A DNA stretch of 50,594 bases from Kiritimatiellia bacterium (GCA_016302985.1 JAEDMN010000001.1:1-50594); one strand, 5' to 3'; shown: positions 15,990 to 24,851, numbered from the stretch's first letter. The notes: generated from the letters alone by a model not told the origin. Translations and numbers: made by a program.

Positions 15990-16645
15990 AGGAAGCCGTT
16001 CTCCGCCAGAAGGTCCATCGTCACGCCGCCGGACGACGCGCGCGGGGACGCGTCGTCGTCCGCGGTCTCCCCGCGGCGGATGGCGTACTTGCCCAGCACG
16101 TCGCTCTCGAGGTTGACAGGGTCGCCCGCCTTCAGCGCGCCCAGGTTGGTCTCCGCGGCCGTGGTCGGGATGACGTCCACCTGCAGCCAGTCGTCGCCCA
16201 GGCCGCTGACGGTCAGGGAGACGCCGTTCACCGCGATGGAGCCCTTCAGCACCGTCGCCGCGGCGATGGCGCGCGGGCAGCGGAAGCGCAGCGCGAAGTC
16301 GCGGCCCTTCGCCGTGCGGGACGCGAGCGTGCCGACGCCGTCCACGTGCCCCTGCACGACATGGCCGCCGAACCGGTCGCCCGCCTTCATCGCGCGCTCG
16401 AGGTTGACGCGCGCGCCCGGCAGCAGCGAGGCCAGCGTGGACCGCCGCGCCGTCTCCTCGAGGACGTCGGCCGTGAAGCGCGTCGCATCGCTCGCGCAGA
16501 CGGTGAGGCAGACGCCGTTCACCGCGACGCTCTCGCCCTTCACGAGCGGTTCGGGCCACGGGTCGAACTGGAATTCGAGCACGAGCCCGCGGCCGCGGGA
16601 GACGCGCCTGACCTTGCCGGTCTTCTGGATGAGTCCTGTGAACAT
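15986..16645 (-). CDS. ribE: Riboflavin synthase (alpha chain)
   Basis: MFTGLIQKTGKV..., and the duplicated lumazine-binding repeats GESVAVNGVCLTV and GSIAVNGVSLTV; 219 aa from the MFTG start. Confidence 0.9.
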   Translation of the reverse strand: MFTGLIQKTGKVRRVSRGRGLVLEFQFDPWPEPLVKGESVAVNGVCLTVCASDATRFTADVLEETARRSTLASLLPGARVNLERAMKAGDRFGGHVVQGHVDGVGTLASRTAKGRDFALRFRCPRAIAAATVLKGSIAVNGVSLTVSGLGDDWLQVDVIPTTAAETNLGALKAGDPVNLESDVLGKYAIRRGETADDDASPRASSGGVTMDLLAENGFL

Positions 16646-16662
16646 GGGCTTTTCCCCCTGGA

Positions 16663-17691
16663 TCAGAACGGGTCGGGTCGGCGGACGTCGTTCGAGAAGA
16701 TGTCGTCCCCGAAGCAGGTCGGGAACGTCGGGCGGAACCGCCGCGCCTCGGCGAGGGGACGGCCGCCGATGACGACGGGACAGAGGATCGTCACCCATTC
16801 GTCCACGAGGTCGGCGTCGGCCAGCGCGCGGGCGAGTCCCAGCCCGCCCTCGCAGAGGACGTGCATGAAGCCGCGGCGGCCCAGGTCGCGCAGCGCCTCG
16901 GCGGCGTCGCGGTAGACGAGCGTGCGGTCCTTCGCCGCGTCGGTGAAGACCTGCGCGCCCTTCGGCAGGCGCCCGCTGCGGGAGACGACCGCGCGCCAGA
17001 GGTCGTCGTTGCGCGACACGTGGCAGAGCAGCGAGGGGTCGTCCTTCCGCACCGTCTCCGCGCCCACCATCATCACGTCCGCCGTCTCGCGCCAGGTCGC
17101 CGTCTCGCGGAGGGACTGCTTCCCGGAAATCCACCGGGACCGTCCCTGCCCGTCGCAGATGCGTCCGTCGAGGGACATCGCGAGCTTGACCGTCACCCAC
17201 GGCAGGCCGGTCGTCACGTGCTTCGCGAACGGGCGCAGCGTCGTCGCCCAGATTCCACGGGCCGTCTCGACACGTCCGGCGACGGGGCTCTTCGCCCAGC
17301 AGTCGGTCTCGATGCCCGCGCGCCGCAGCACGCGCGCGGCCTTGCCGCGGTTCGTCGGATTGGGGTCGGGACAGGCCCACACGACGCGCGAGACGCCGGC
17401 GGCGACCAGCGCGTCGCAGCAGGCGCCCACGCGCCCGGGCTTCGAACACGGTTCAAGCGTGCAGTAGACGGTCGCGCCCTTCGGCGAAACGCGGCAGGCC
17501 TTCAGCGCCGCCGCCTCGGCATGGTCGCCGCCGCAGCGGCGGTGACGGCCCTCGCCGACGATGCGGCCGCCCTTCACGACGACCGCGCCGACGGGCGGGT
17601 TGGGGCGCGTGTGGCCGCAGCTCTTCGCCGCCAGGTCCCACGCGCGGTCCATGAACGCGAGTTCGACGTCGTCCGACATGCGCCGCGTCAC
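16663..17691 (-). CDS. ribD: Bifunctional diaminohydroxyphosphoribosylaminopyrimidine deaminase / 5-amino-6-(5-phosphoribosylamino)uracil reductase
   Basis: CMP/dCMP deaminase zinc motifs HAEAAAL and TLEPC...GACC, followed by a RibD_C reductase domain (KLAMSLDGRI...). The start overlaps the nusB stop (ATGA-type, 17688-17691). Confidence 0.9.
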   Translation of the reverse strand: MTRRMSDDVELAFMDRAWDLAAKSCGHTRPNPPVGAVVVKGGRIVGEGRHRRCGGDHAEAAALKACRVSPKGATVYCTLEPCSKPGRVGACCDALVAAGVSRVVWACPDPNPTNRGKAARVLRRAGIETDCWAKSPVAGRVETARGIWATTLRPFAKHVTTGLPWVTVKLAMSLDGRICDGQGRSRWISGKQSLRETATWRETADVMMVGAETVRKDDPSLLCHVSRNDDLWRAVVSRSGRLPKGAQVFTDAAKDRTLVYRDAAEALRDLGRRGFMHVLCEGGLGLARALADADLVDEWVTILCPVVIGGRPLAEARRFRPTFPTCFGDDIFSNDVRRPDPF

Positions 17692-18215
17692 TTCGCCTCG
17701 GGGGTGAACGTCTCGGCCTTCGGCCGGCGGATGTCCTTGGCGAGATTGTCCAGGACGCCGTTGACGAACTTGCCGCTCTTCGTCTCGGAGAAGAACTTCG
17801 CGAGGTCGATGGCCTCGTTGACGAGGATCGGCGCGGGGATGTCCGGACAGTTGCGCAGTTCCCAGGCCCCGAGGCGGAGCACGTTGCGCTCGACGGTGCC
17901 CAGGCGGTAGATCGACCAGTTGCGCAGGTAGCCGCCGACCTCACGGTCGAGCTCGTCGCGCATCTGCCACACGCCGCGGACACGGGCCTCCGCGAAGGCG
18001 CGCATCTCGACAAGGGTTTCCTGTTCGTTCGGATCCGGCGAGGAGAAGACGATGCGCGGCGCGCGCACCTCGTCGTTCGCCAGCATCTCGCTCTCAAGCT
18101 GGATCTGCTGGCTCCAGAACGCCTCGATGTCCGCGTCCAGCGATTCGGGTGGATTCAAGTCGAACTGGACCAGCATCTGAACCGCCCATTCGCGACCTTG
18201 TCTGCGTGTGACCAT
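17688..18215 (-). CDS. nusB: Transcription antitermination factor NusB
   Basis: MVTRRQGREWAVQMLVQFDLN... and the C-terminal INEAIDLAKFFSETKSGKFVNGVLD are classic NusB. Start at MVTRRQ (18215) is preceded by AAGAGG. Confidence 0.85.
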   Translation of the reverse strand: MVTRRQGREWAVQMLVQFDLNPPESLDADIEAFWSQQIQLESEMLANDEVRAPRIVFSSPDPNEQETLVEMRAFAEARVRGVWQMRDELDREVGGYLRNWSIYRLGTVERNVLRLGAWELRNCPDIPAPILVNEAIDLAKFFSETKSGKFVNGVLDNLAKDIRRPKAETFTPEAK

Positions 18216-18246
18216 ATCAAAGACCTCTTGTATTGCGTGAGCGGCT

Positions 18247-18255
18247 ATTCTATCA
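18247..18255 (-). promoter_or_regulatory. Extended -10 box TGATAGAAT (minus strand) for the nusB-ribD-ribE unit
   Basis: The plus-strand attctatca at 18247-18255 is its reverse complement. It lies directly after the HU terminator T-run. The ~25-nt leader contains AAGAGG. Confidence 0.45.
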
Positions 18256-18289
18256 AAAAAAAGAAGGCCCGACAATCTGCCGGGCCTCC
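18255..18289 (-). terminator. Rho-independent terminator of the HU gene
   Basis: On the minus strand GGAGGCCCGGCAGATTGTCGGGCCTTC forms a ~12-bp stem (two G-U pairs) with loop GAU, followed by a run of eight T. Confidence 0.8.
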
Positions 18290-18311
18290 CTTTCAAGGGA
18301 AGCAAGCAAGC

Positions 18312-18632
18312 TTACTTCTTGGCGGCCTTCGGCGGGACGAGGGCGTCCTTCGCGGCCTTGGCGAGGCGGAACTTCGCGACCTTGCACGCGGGCTTCTTCT
18401 TCTCTTCGCCCGTCTGCGGGTTGCGGACCATGCGGGCGGCCTGCTTCTTGATGAGGAGCTTGCCGAGGCCGGGGATGACCCAGCCCTTCTCGTTCTGGCG
18501 GGCGCCTTCGTAGGCGAGCTCGATCAGCTTCTCGTAGACGGCGACGGCCTGGGCCTTCTTGATGTCGGCGGCTGCGGCGAGGGCGACCATGAGGGCGCTC
18601 TTCGTCGTGGGGACTTCGATTTTCTTAGCCAT
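18312..18632 (-). CDS. hup: HU/IHF family nucleoid-associated DNA-binding protein with a Lys-rich tail
   Basis: 106 aa. Has IPGLGKLLIKKQAARMVRNPQTGE (beta-arm with RNPQTG). A plausible -35/-10 pair (TTGCGC, 17 nt, TATTCT) and an AAAGGAAC ribosome-binding site lie upstream. Confidence 0.8.
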   Translation of the reverse strand: MAKKIEVPTTKSALMVALAAAADIKKAQAVAVYEKLIELAYEGARQNEKGWVIPGLGKLLIKKQAARMVRNPQTGEEKKKPACKVAKFRLAKAAKDALVPPKAAKK

Positions 18633-18773
18633 TTCTGTTCGTTCCTTTTTCCCTGCAAGCGGAAATCGCCCGCAACACCAGTAGAATAACGGTTTTTTGC
18701 ATCACGCGCAAGAGGGAAAATGCGTTTGAGCCAATTTTTCATGGGGTTCGCGCGTTCCCCGGCCTGCCTCCGC

Positions 18774-19679
18774 CTACTCGGCGCGGGGGTGGTGGAGGCG
18801 GTGGACCTCGCCGAGGCGGGCCCGGTCGACGTGGGTGTAGACCTGCGTCGTCGAGATCGAGGCGTGGCCGAGCATCTCCTGGATCGCCCGGATGTCCGCG
18901 CCGTGCTGCAGCATGTGCGTGGCGAAGCAGTGGCGGAGGACGTGCGGGGAGACGGCGGACGGGTCCAGTCCCGCCGCGCCGGCGCGTTCGCGCAGCATCT
19001 TGAAGACGCCCATGCGCGTGAAGGCGCGGCCGAGCCGCGTCACGAAGAGGTGGCGCTCGTCCGCGTTCCCCTTCGCGAACGACGCGCGCGCGGACTCGAG
19101 GTACCGCCGCAGCGCGCGGCCGCAGGCGCCGCCCATCGGCACGATCCGCTCCCTGGACCCCTTGCCGCGGCAGCGCACGACGTCCGCATCCGCAAGGAAA
19201 TCGCGCAGCTCGAGCCCGCACAGTTCGCTCACGCGCAGGCCGCAGCCGTAGAGGAGCTCGAGCATCGCGCGGTCGCGCAGGTCGCGCGGGTCGTCCCCGG
19301 CGACGGACGCCATCAGCCGCCCCGCCACGCCCTCGTCGAGCACGCGCGGCAGCACGAGGTTCTTGCGCGGGGCGTCCAGGCCCTCGGAGAGATCGCGCGC
19401 CGCGAACCCCTCGGCCTTGAGGTGGTGGAGGAACTCGCGCAACGCGACGAACGCCCGTGCGCGCGTCGTGGGGCGCTTCCGGGCCGCGCGCAGCGCCTCG
19501 AGCCAGGCGACGACGTCCGTGCGCGCCAGGGCGCGCGAATCGACGCGCCCGCGGGCCGCGAGGAACTCGAGGAAGAACCGGATGTCGCGCCCGTAGGCCT
19601 CGAGGGTCTTCGGGGCGAGCCCGCGCTCCAGCGCGAGCCAGGCCTTGAACGAGGCTGCGCACTCGGCAAGGGCGGCCAC
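18774..19679 (-). CDS. Tyrosine recombinase, XerC/XerD family
   Basis: C-terminal catalytic region HVLRHCFATHMLQHGADIRAIQEMLGHASISTTQVYTHV, and an N-terminal SAM-like core-binding domain (LERGLAPKTLEAYGRDIRFF). There is no in-frame ATG below the upstream gene's stop, so the GTG at 19679 is chosen (~301 aa). The start is approximate. Confidence 0.8.
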   Translation of the reverse strand: MAALAECAASFKAWLALERGLAPKTLEAYGRDIRFFLEFLAARGRVDSRALARTDVVAWLEALRAARKRPTTRARAFVALREFLHHLKAEGFAARDLSEGLDAPRKNLVLPRVLDEGVAGRLMASVAGDDPRDLRDRAMLELLYGCGLRVSELCGLELRDFLADADVVRCRGKGSRERIVPMGGACGRALRRYLESARASFAKGNADERHLFVTRLGRAFTRMGVFKMLRERAGAAGLDPSAVSPHVLRHCFATHMLQHGADIRAIQEMLGHASISTTQVYTHVDRARLGEVHRLHHPRAE

Positions 19680-19702
19680 GGCGGCATCCTCCCGCGAAAC
19701 GG

Positions 19703-20026
19703 CTACTTCTTCGGCTTCGCGCCGATTGACTCGGGCGTGACGCCGTTCGCCGCGAAACCGGCGCCCGCGATCGCCATCTCGATGTTCTTCTTGGCGATCT
19801 GCATGGAGTCGTAGCGCAGCGCGAGGACACGGCGCGCGGCGTCGAACTTGAAACTGGACTTCTCCACGCCCGCGTACGGCGCCAGGGCGGCCGTGAGGGC
19901 GGGAACGTCCGCCTCCGTGGCGGAGGGCACCGCGACCTCGAAGTCGCGCACGTCGGTGCGGCGGCACCCGCCAAGGGCGAGGAGGACGGTCAGGATGGCG
20001 AGGCTGGTCTTGAATTTTGCGCTCAT
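19703..20026 (-). CDS. Small lipoprotein with a degenerate HMA-like (ferredoxin-fold) domain lacking the CxxC metal site
   Basis: MSAKFKTSLAILTVLLALGGC lipobox. It has a beta-alpha-beta-beta-alpha-beta-like pattern (FEVAVPS...KSSFKFDAARRVLALRYD...IEMAIAGAGFAA) but no cysteines. Confidence 0.6.
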   Translation of the reverse strand: MSAKFKTSLAILTVLLALGGCRRTDVRDFEVAVPSATEADVPALTAALAPYAGVEKSSFKFDAARRVLALRYDSMQIAKKNIEMAIAGAGFAANGVTPESIGAKPKK

Positions 20027-20032
20027 GTCTTG

Positions 20033-20041
20033 ATTATACCA
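20033..20041 (-). promoter_or_regulatory. Extended -10 box TGGTATAAT (minus strand), 6 nt upstream of the ATG at 20026 (predicts a leaderless transcript)
   Basis: The plus-strand attatacca at 20033-20041 is its reverse complement. No Shine-Dalgarno is possible in the 6-nt spacer. Confidence 0.5.
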
Positions 20042-20046
20042 TAACA

Positions 20047-20084
20047 AACCCGCTCCAGGAAATGGGGAGGTCCTGGAGCGGGTT
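20047..20084 (-). terminator. Hairpin terminator after the ABC/GldG/DUF4340 operon
   Basis: 14-bp perfect stem AACCCGCTCCAGGA / TCCTGGAGCGGGTT (20047-20060 and 20071-20084) with a 10-nt loop. On the minus strand it is followed by TTGTTAT. Confidence 0.6.
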
Positions 20085-20162
20085 CACGGACAGTTGGTTG
20101 GCTTTGTCCATTCGGGAGTATGCGGCCCCGCGGACGAATCTACAGGGCCGTGGAATTTTCCC

Positions 20163-21236
20163 CTACTTTTTTTCGCCGTCCTTCTTCGCCTCGGCCTTCT
20201 TCGCCTCGTCCTTCTTGGGCTCCTCCTTCGCCTTGACGAGGTCCTTGCGGGCCTTCGCCAGGTTGTCGGCGCTGTAGGACGAGATCGAGAAGGTCCACTT
20301 GCCGGCCTTCGCGTTGAAGTCCTTCGCGGCCTGCTCGAGCTTCGCGTTCTCCGCGGCGTTCGTGCCGGCCGGCGTGAACGACGCGCTGATCTTGAACCAG
20401 CGGTCGGCCCCCGTCGCGGCGCCCGTCTTCGCGGTGTAGACCGTGCCGTTCTTCAGCGTGGCCGTGTAGACGGCGCCCGTCGCGAAGCCGAGCTCCTGCT
20501 CGGTGAGCTTCGGGTCGGCGACGCCCGTGAGGTCAAGGTAGCTCAGCGCGGAGTCGAGCGAGTACGTCTTGGAGCTGTCGAGCTCCTCCTTCTCGCCGAG
20601 GCCCTCGAGCTCCCACTTGCCGTCCTTGCGCGCCAGCTTGACGGTCTCCCCGCCCTTCCGGTACGTCACCGCCGCGATGTCCGCGCCCGGAATCTGGCAG
20701 ATGCGCGTGTCGATCCACTTCTTCGGATCGCCGTCGAACGCGTCGAGCGCGTCCTTGACGAGCACCGGGCGCCCGTCGTAGACGAGGTAGCGGCCGTCGG
20801 GGTAGCCCCCGCCGCCGAACTGCGCCATCTGCCCCTTCGGCTTGGCGCTGTGGGTGCCGCCGAGCTGGAGCGTCGCGAGGGACTTGCCGGCGGCGTTCTT
20901 CAGCTCGACCGGGACGGGCTTGTCGATCGTCTTGCCGGTGGCGACCTGCCCGACCTTCAGGTCCTGCAGCTTGAGGATGTTCTCGCGGATCTTCGCGACG
21001 TCGGCCGGATAGCCGTGGAGCGTCTCGACCGCCCATCCGCCCTCCGCCGCGACGAGGGCGACCTTGCGGTCGCCGCCGATCTCGACGCGCGCGACGTCGG
21101 AGACGTCGAACGCGGGGAGGATCTTCTTGCCGACGACGGACGGCGCCTTCATGCGCTTGCCGGCCGTCGTCATGTACGCGGCGCCGCCCAGCAGGGCCGC
21201 GACCGCCGTCAGGATAACCAGGTTCTTCGTAGTCAT
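20163..21236 (-). CDS. DUF4340 domain-containing protein with a Lys/Glu-rich tail
   Basis: N-terminal anchor MTTKNLVILTAVAALLGGAAY. Repeated beta-rich modules (VARVEIGG...VALVAAEGGWAV; IAAVTYRKGGETVKLARKDGKWEL) are typical of DUF4340 proteins encoded after GldG-type genes. Confidence 0.7.
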   Translation of the reverse strand: MTTKNLVILTAVAALLGGAAYMTTAGKRMKAPSVVGKKILPAFDVSDVARVEIGGDRKVALVAAEGGWAVETLHGYPADVAKIRENILKLQDLKVGQVATGKTIDKPVPVELKNAAGKSLATLQLGGTHSAKPKGQMAQFGGGGYPDGRYLVYDGRPVLVKDALDAFDGDPKKWIDTRICQIPGADIAAVTYRKGGETVKLARKDGKWELEGLGEKEELDSSKTYSLDSALSYLDLTGVADPKLTEQELGFATGAVYTATLKNGTVYTAKTGAATGADRWFKISASFTPAGTNAAENAKLEQAAKDFNAKAGKWTFSISSYSADNLAKARKDLVKAKEEPKKDEAKKAEAKKDGEKK

Positions 21237-21270
21237 GTCAATGCCTCTTCAAGTGGATGGACGCCCCGTC

Positions 21271-23148
21271 TCAGCGACGGCGGCGCTTCAGACCGCGCAG
21301 GATGCCGAAGCCGATCACGAGCAGCGGCACCAGGCAGATGTTGATCACCTTCAGCGTGAGGCCGAGGCGGTCGATGTCGCCCGTGAGCTCCTTGCGGACG
21401 TTCTTCAGCTGCCGGCGGGTGTCGGCCTGCGTCCGGCGCAGCTTCGCGATCTCCTCCTGCTGCTCCTTCGACAGCAGCAGGCGCTCGTTGCCCGTCTTCT
21501 GCTTCTGCAGGGACATCAGGCGCTGCTGGGTCTCCTCGAGCTCCTTCTCGAACTCCTCCTGCTTCGCCTGCCACTTCGCCATGGCCTTCGCCTCGAGGGC
21601 GTCGACCTTCGCGAACGGACGGTTCGACGGGCCGCGGGAGCGGACGCCGATCAGCTCCTCGCGGCCGGCGTACTGCTCGATCACGTTGGAGAAGAGCACG
21701 AGGTTGTCGTTCCAGGGCTGCGCGATCGGTCCGAACAGCGTGTTCATGACCTGCACGCAGAAGTCGTCCGCGAGGAAGTCGGAGTCGGCGAACAGCACCA
21801 CCGAGCCCTTGTCGCCCTCGGCCACGACCTTCGGAACGGCGTTCGTGGAGCCCTCCTTCCAGTCCGGGCCCTTCGGGAACGCGGTCCGGAACGTGCCGGA
21901 GAGGCGGGCGGCGAGCGTGCGGCGCACGCCGTCGGGCTTGAGCTCGCGGCGCATCGCGCCCATGCCGAACTGCACGTTCTGGCGGTCGACCAGGCAGGCG
22001 CTGTCCGCCGACGTGGTCACGAGCGGCTCGAACTTCAGGCCGTCCTTCTGCGTGAAGGAGAACGCGCCCGCGAACGGGAACACGAGCTGGGTGAGGCCCG
22101 AGACGAGCAGGTCCGTCTTGTCGACGTTCTTCGCGCCGAGCGACAGGAACGCGGGGTTCTCCTCCGCGCGGCCGTTGCCCGCGTTGAGCTTCGTCGCGGA
22201 CGCGAGGTCGGCGACGACCTTCTGCGTGTCGAACGAGACGCCCCACGCGTCGAACAGCTTCCCGAGCGTGGACGGGCCGTCCGGACCGCCCATCTGCATC
22301 ATCATCGGGTTCTGCTGCTGGCGCTGCGAGATCATGTCCATCGCCGAGAACGCGTCGACGCACGCGATGAGGCGGCCGCCGCGGACGACGAACTGGTCGA
22401 TCGCGAAGAGCGTCTTCTCGGAGAGGTCCTTGGCGTGCAGCACGACGAGCGCCTTGACGTCCTCGTCGATCGACTCGGCCGTCGTCGGGATCTCGCGGAC
22501 GTCGTAGTCCTTCTTGAGCTCCATGAAGGAGGCCCAGCCCTGCGGCTGCTGCCGGCGCTGCATCTGCATCATCGGGTTCGGCGGCTGGCCGAGGACGCCC
22601 GGGAGGGACGTCATGACGCCGATCACGGGACGCTGCTCGTCCCAGCCGACGCGCGTGACGAGGCGCGTCACGTCGTACTCGAGCGTGGACTCGGTGCGCG
22701 GGCTGAAGCGCGGCAGCGTCTCCTCGCGGTCGCCGCAGACGGCGACGAGGCCGAAGTAGACGGGCTGGCCGAACGGGGTGACGTTCTGCGGCTCGACGCC
22801 GTAGCGCTGCGCCCACTCCTCCGCGTCGGAGTCCGGCTTCGGGTCGTACGCCTCGAGCGCGACGTGGCCGTTGCCCGCGAGCTCGTACTCCTTCAGGAGG
22901 TTCTGCACCTGCTGCGCGTACGTCTTCAGCTGCATCGGCATCTCGGCCGAGCTCGAGCTGTAGTAGAACTTCAGCGTGACGTCGTTCTCGAGCTTGCCGA
23001 GCACGGCCTTCGAGCCCTTCGAGAGCGTGTACAGCTTCTCGCCCGTCATGTCGACGCGGAGCGGGAGGTTGGAGAGGATCAGGTTCGCGGCGCCGATGAT
23101 GGCGGCGACCACGACCAGGCCGGCGATTCCAGTGAGTTTCTTGTTCAT
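21271..23148 (-). CDS. GldG-like ABC-transporter-associated auxiliary protein (ABC-type uncharacterized transport system)
   Basis: 625 aa with N- and C-terminal TM anchors (the C-terminus has LKVINICLVPLLVIGFGIL) and a large periplasmic domain with the usual YYSSS.....YAQ.V..LL.EY pattern. Confidence 0.75.
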   Translation of the reverse strand: MNKKLTGIAGLVVVAAIIGAANLILSNLPLRVDMTGEKLYTLSKGSKAVLGKLENDVTLKFYYSSSSAEMPMQLKTYAQQVQNLLKEYELAGNGHVALEAYDPKPDSDAEEWAQRYGVEPQNVTPFGQPVYFGLVAVCGDREETLPRFSPRTESTLEYDVTRLVTRVGWDEQRPVIGVMTSLPGVLGQPPNPMMQMQRRQQPQGWASFMELKKDYDVREIPTTAESIDEDVKALVVLHAKDLSEKTLFAIDQFVVRGGRLIACVDAFSAMDMISQRQQQNPMMMQMGGPDGPSTLGKLFDAWGVSFDTQKVVADLASATKLNAGNGRAEENPAFLSLGAKNVDKTDLLVSGLTQLVFPFAGAFSFTQKDGLKFEPLVTTSADSACLVDRQNVQFGMGAMRRELKPDGVRRTLAARLSGTFRTAFPKGPDWKEGSTNAVPKVVAEGDKGSVVLFADSDFLADDFCVQVMNTLFGPIAQPWNDNLVLFSNVIEQYAGREELIGVRSRGPSNRPFAKVDALEAKAMAKWQAKQEEFEKELEETQQRLMSLQKQKTGNERLLLSKEQQEEIAKLRRTQADTRRQLKNVRKELTGDIDRLGLTLKVINICLVPLLVIGFGILRGLKRRRR

Positions 23149-23188
23149 GTCTTGCTATTCCGCTTAAAACACCATTCCCTCAGACGGC

Positions 23189-23932
23189 TCAGCTCGCCTT
23201 GCGGCTGTCCGTCACGACCTGCGCGGCCGCGAGCATGAAGACCATGACGCCGACGTAGTAGCCGATGTCCGCGAAGTCGATCACGCCCCGGCGCATCGCG
23301 TCGAAGTGCGTGAGCAGCGAGCAGGAGGCCACCGCGTTCACGATTCCGCCGGGCACGCCCCAGTTGGCGACCGCGCCCACCACCGGGTCGAAGCCGATGA
23401 TGAGCAGCAGGAACGTGGTCGCGAGCGCGATCACGAAGCCGATCACCTGGCTGCGCGAGAGCGAGCTGGCGAAGACGCCGATCGCCGTCGCCGCGCCCGC
23501 GAGGAGGAAGCTCCCCACATAGCCGCAGAAGACCGCGCCCAGGTCGGGGCTGCCGAGCCACGCGGCCGTGCAGACCACCGGGAACGTCAGCGCGAGCCCG
23601 ATGCCGATGAAGGCCCAGGCCGCGAGGAACTTGCCGACGAGCGCCTCGCCGAGCGTGATCGGCAGGGTCAGCAGCAGCTCGATCGTGCCGTTGCGGCGCT
23701 CCTCGGCCCAGAGGCCCATCGTCGCCGCCGGCACCAGCAGCAGGTACATCCAGGGATGCCAGAAGAAGAACGGCGTCAGGTCGGCCTGGCGGCGCTCGTA
23801 GAACATGGCCACGCCGAACGTGAGGAAGCCCGCCAGCACGAGGAAGGCCACCAGGAACACATACGCCACGGGGGAGTCGAAGTAGGACTTGAACTCGCGC
23901 CCGAAGACGGTCTTGACTTTGCTGAAAGACAT
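23189..23932 (-). CDS. ABC-2 type transporter permease (GldF-like)
   Basis: 247 aa, 6 TM, starting MSFSKVKTVFGREFKSYFDSPVAYVFL, typical of the ABC-2/GldF family. Confidence 0.8.
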   Translation of the reverse strand: MSFSKVKTVFGREFKSYFDSPVAYVFLVAFLVLAGFLTFGVAMFYERRQADLTPFFFWHPWMYLLLVPAATMGLWAEERRNGTIELLLTLPITLGEALVGKFLAAWAFIGIGLALTFPVVCTAAWLGSPDLGAVFCGYVGSFLLAGAATAIGVFASSLSRSQVIGFVIALATTFLLLIIGFDPVVGAVANWGVPGGIVNAVASCSLLTHFDAMRRGVIDFADIGYYVGVMVFMLAAAQVVTDSRKAS

Positions 23933-23935
23933 GGC

Positions 23936-24661
23936 TTACTTCGCCTCCTTGTCCATCGTGAGGGTGCGGAAGACGACGTCGAGCTTCCCGCTCGGGTCCA
24001 TTCCGCGGAGCTTCTCCGGCGTGCCGTCGGCCTTGATCTCGCCGCCGGCGATGACGATCGCGCGCGAGCAGACCGCGTCGACCTCCTCGAGGATGTGAGT
24101 CGAGATGATGATGGCCTTCTCGGCGGACATCTCCTTGATCATCTCGCGGACGACGAACTTCTGGTTCGGGTCCAGGCCGTCCGTGGGCTCGTCCATGATG
24201 AGCACCTTGGGGTCGTGCAGGATCGCCTGCGCGAAGCATGTGCGCTGGCGGTAGCCCTTCGACAGCGTGTCGATCGTCTGGCGCGCGACGTTCGTGAGGC
24301 GGGCCTTCTGCAGCACCGCGTCGACCTTCTCCTTCGCGGCGCGGCCCTCGAAGCCGCGGACCTTCGCGATGAACGTCAGGAAGTCCGTCACCGTCATCGA
24401 ACGGTAGCTCGGCGCCGCCTCGGGCAGGTAGCCCAGCGCGCCCTTCGCCCCGACGGGGTCCTGGATGATGTCGTGTCCATCGATGACGGCCGTCCCCGAC
24501 GTCGGCGGGATGAAGCCCGTGATCATCCGCATCGTCGTGGACTTCCCGGCGCCGTTCGGCCCGAGGAAGCCCAGCACCTCGCCTTTCTTCACCTCGAAGG
24601 AGATGCCCTTCACGGCCTGGAAGGCCCCGAAGCTCTTCTTAAGGTTGTCGACCTTGAGCAT
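23936..24661 (-). CDS. ABC transporter ATP-binding protein (GldA-like)
   Basis: Walker A GPNGAGKSTT, signature LSKGYRQR, Walker B LIMDEPTDGLD. Start at MLKVDNLKKSF (24661); the upstream part of the ORF is rejected. Confidence 0.85.
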   Translation of the reverse strand: MLKVDNLKKSFGAFQAVKGISFEVKKGEVLGFLGPNGAGKSTTMRMITGFIPPTSGTAVIDGHDIIQDPVGAKGALGYLPEAAPSYRSMTVTDFLTFIAKVRGFEGRAAKEKVDAVLQKARLTNVARQTIDTLSKGYRQRTCFAQAILHDPKVLIMDEPTDGLDPNQKFVVREMIKEMSAEKAIIISTHILEEVDAVCSRAIVIAGGEIKADGTPEKLRGMDPSGKLDVVFRTLTMDKEAK

Positions 24662-24731
24662 GTTCTCTTGTCCTCTCTTTCCTCTCGATATGTCACGGGA
24701 GCGCCGCCCCCGGATCAGATGCATGTCGCAT

Positions 24732-24740
24732 ATTCTAGCA
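24732..24740 (-). promoter_or_regulatory. Extended -10 box TGCTAGAAT (minus strand) for the ABC/GldG operon
   Basis: The plus-strand attctagca at 24732-24740 is its reverse complement. The ~65-nt leader ends in a purine-rich AGAGGAAAGAGAGGA stretch. Confidence 0.4.
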
Positions 24741-24842
24741 GAACGGCGCCATTTGTCCATAGCCCGGGGGCCATGGACGCGCGCCTACTTTAGCACGCTT
24801 CCATTAGGCGCGGATTAGCGCGGGCGGGAATTCGGGCAAATG

Positions 24843-24851
24843 TGCTATACT
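24843..24851 (+). promoter_or_regulatory. Extended -10-like box TGCTATACT upstream of the ECF sigma gene
   Basis: It lies 15 nt upstream of the ATG at 24867, which argues against the alternative ATG at 24840 because that lies upstream of the box. Confidence 0.4.

Noticed and set aside
18524-18742. 72-aa minus-strand ORF overlapping the HU start and promoter region.
   Set aside because: It overlaps the well-supported HU gene and its ribosome-binding site out of frame, runs through the AT-rich promoter, and has no supporting signals.
18774-19679. Tyrosine recombinase about 3.6 kb from a tRNA gene, considered as a possible integrative-element integrase.
   Set aside because: The sequence and ~300-aa size fit housekeeping XerC/XerD rather than phage integrases. 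No direct repeat of the tRNA 3' end was seen. There is no compositional island, and the flanking genes (HU, nusB, rib genes) are core.
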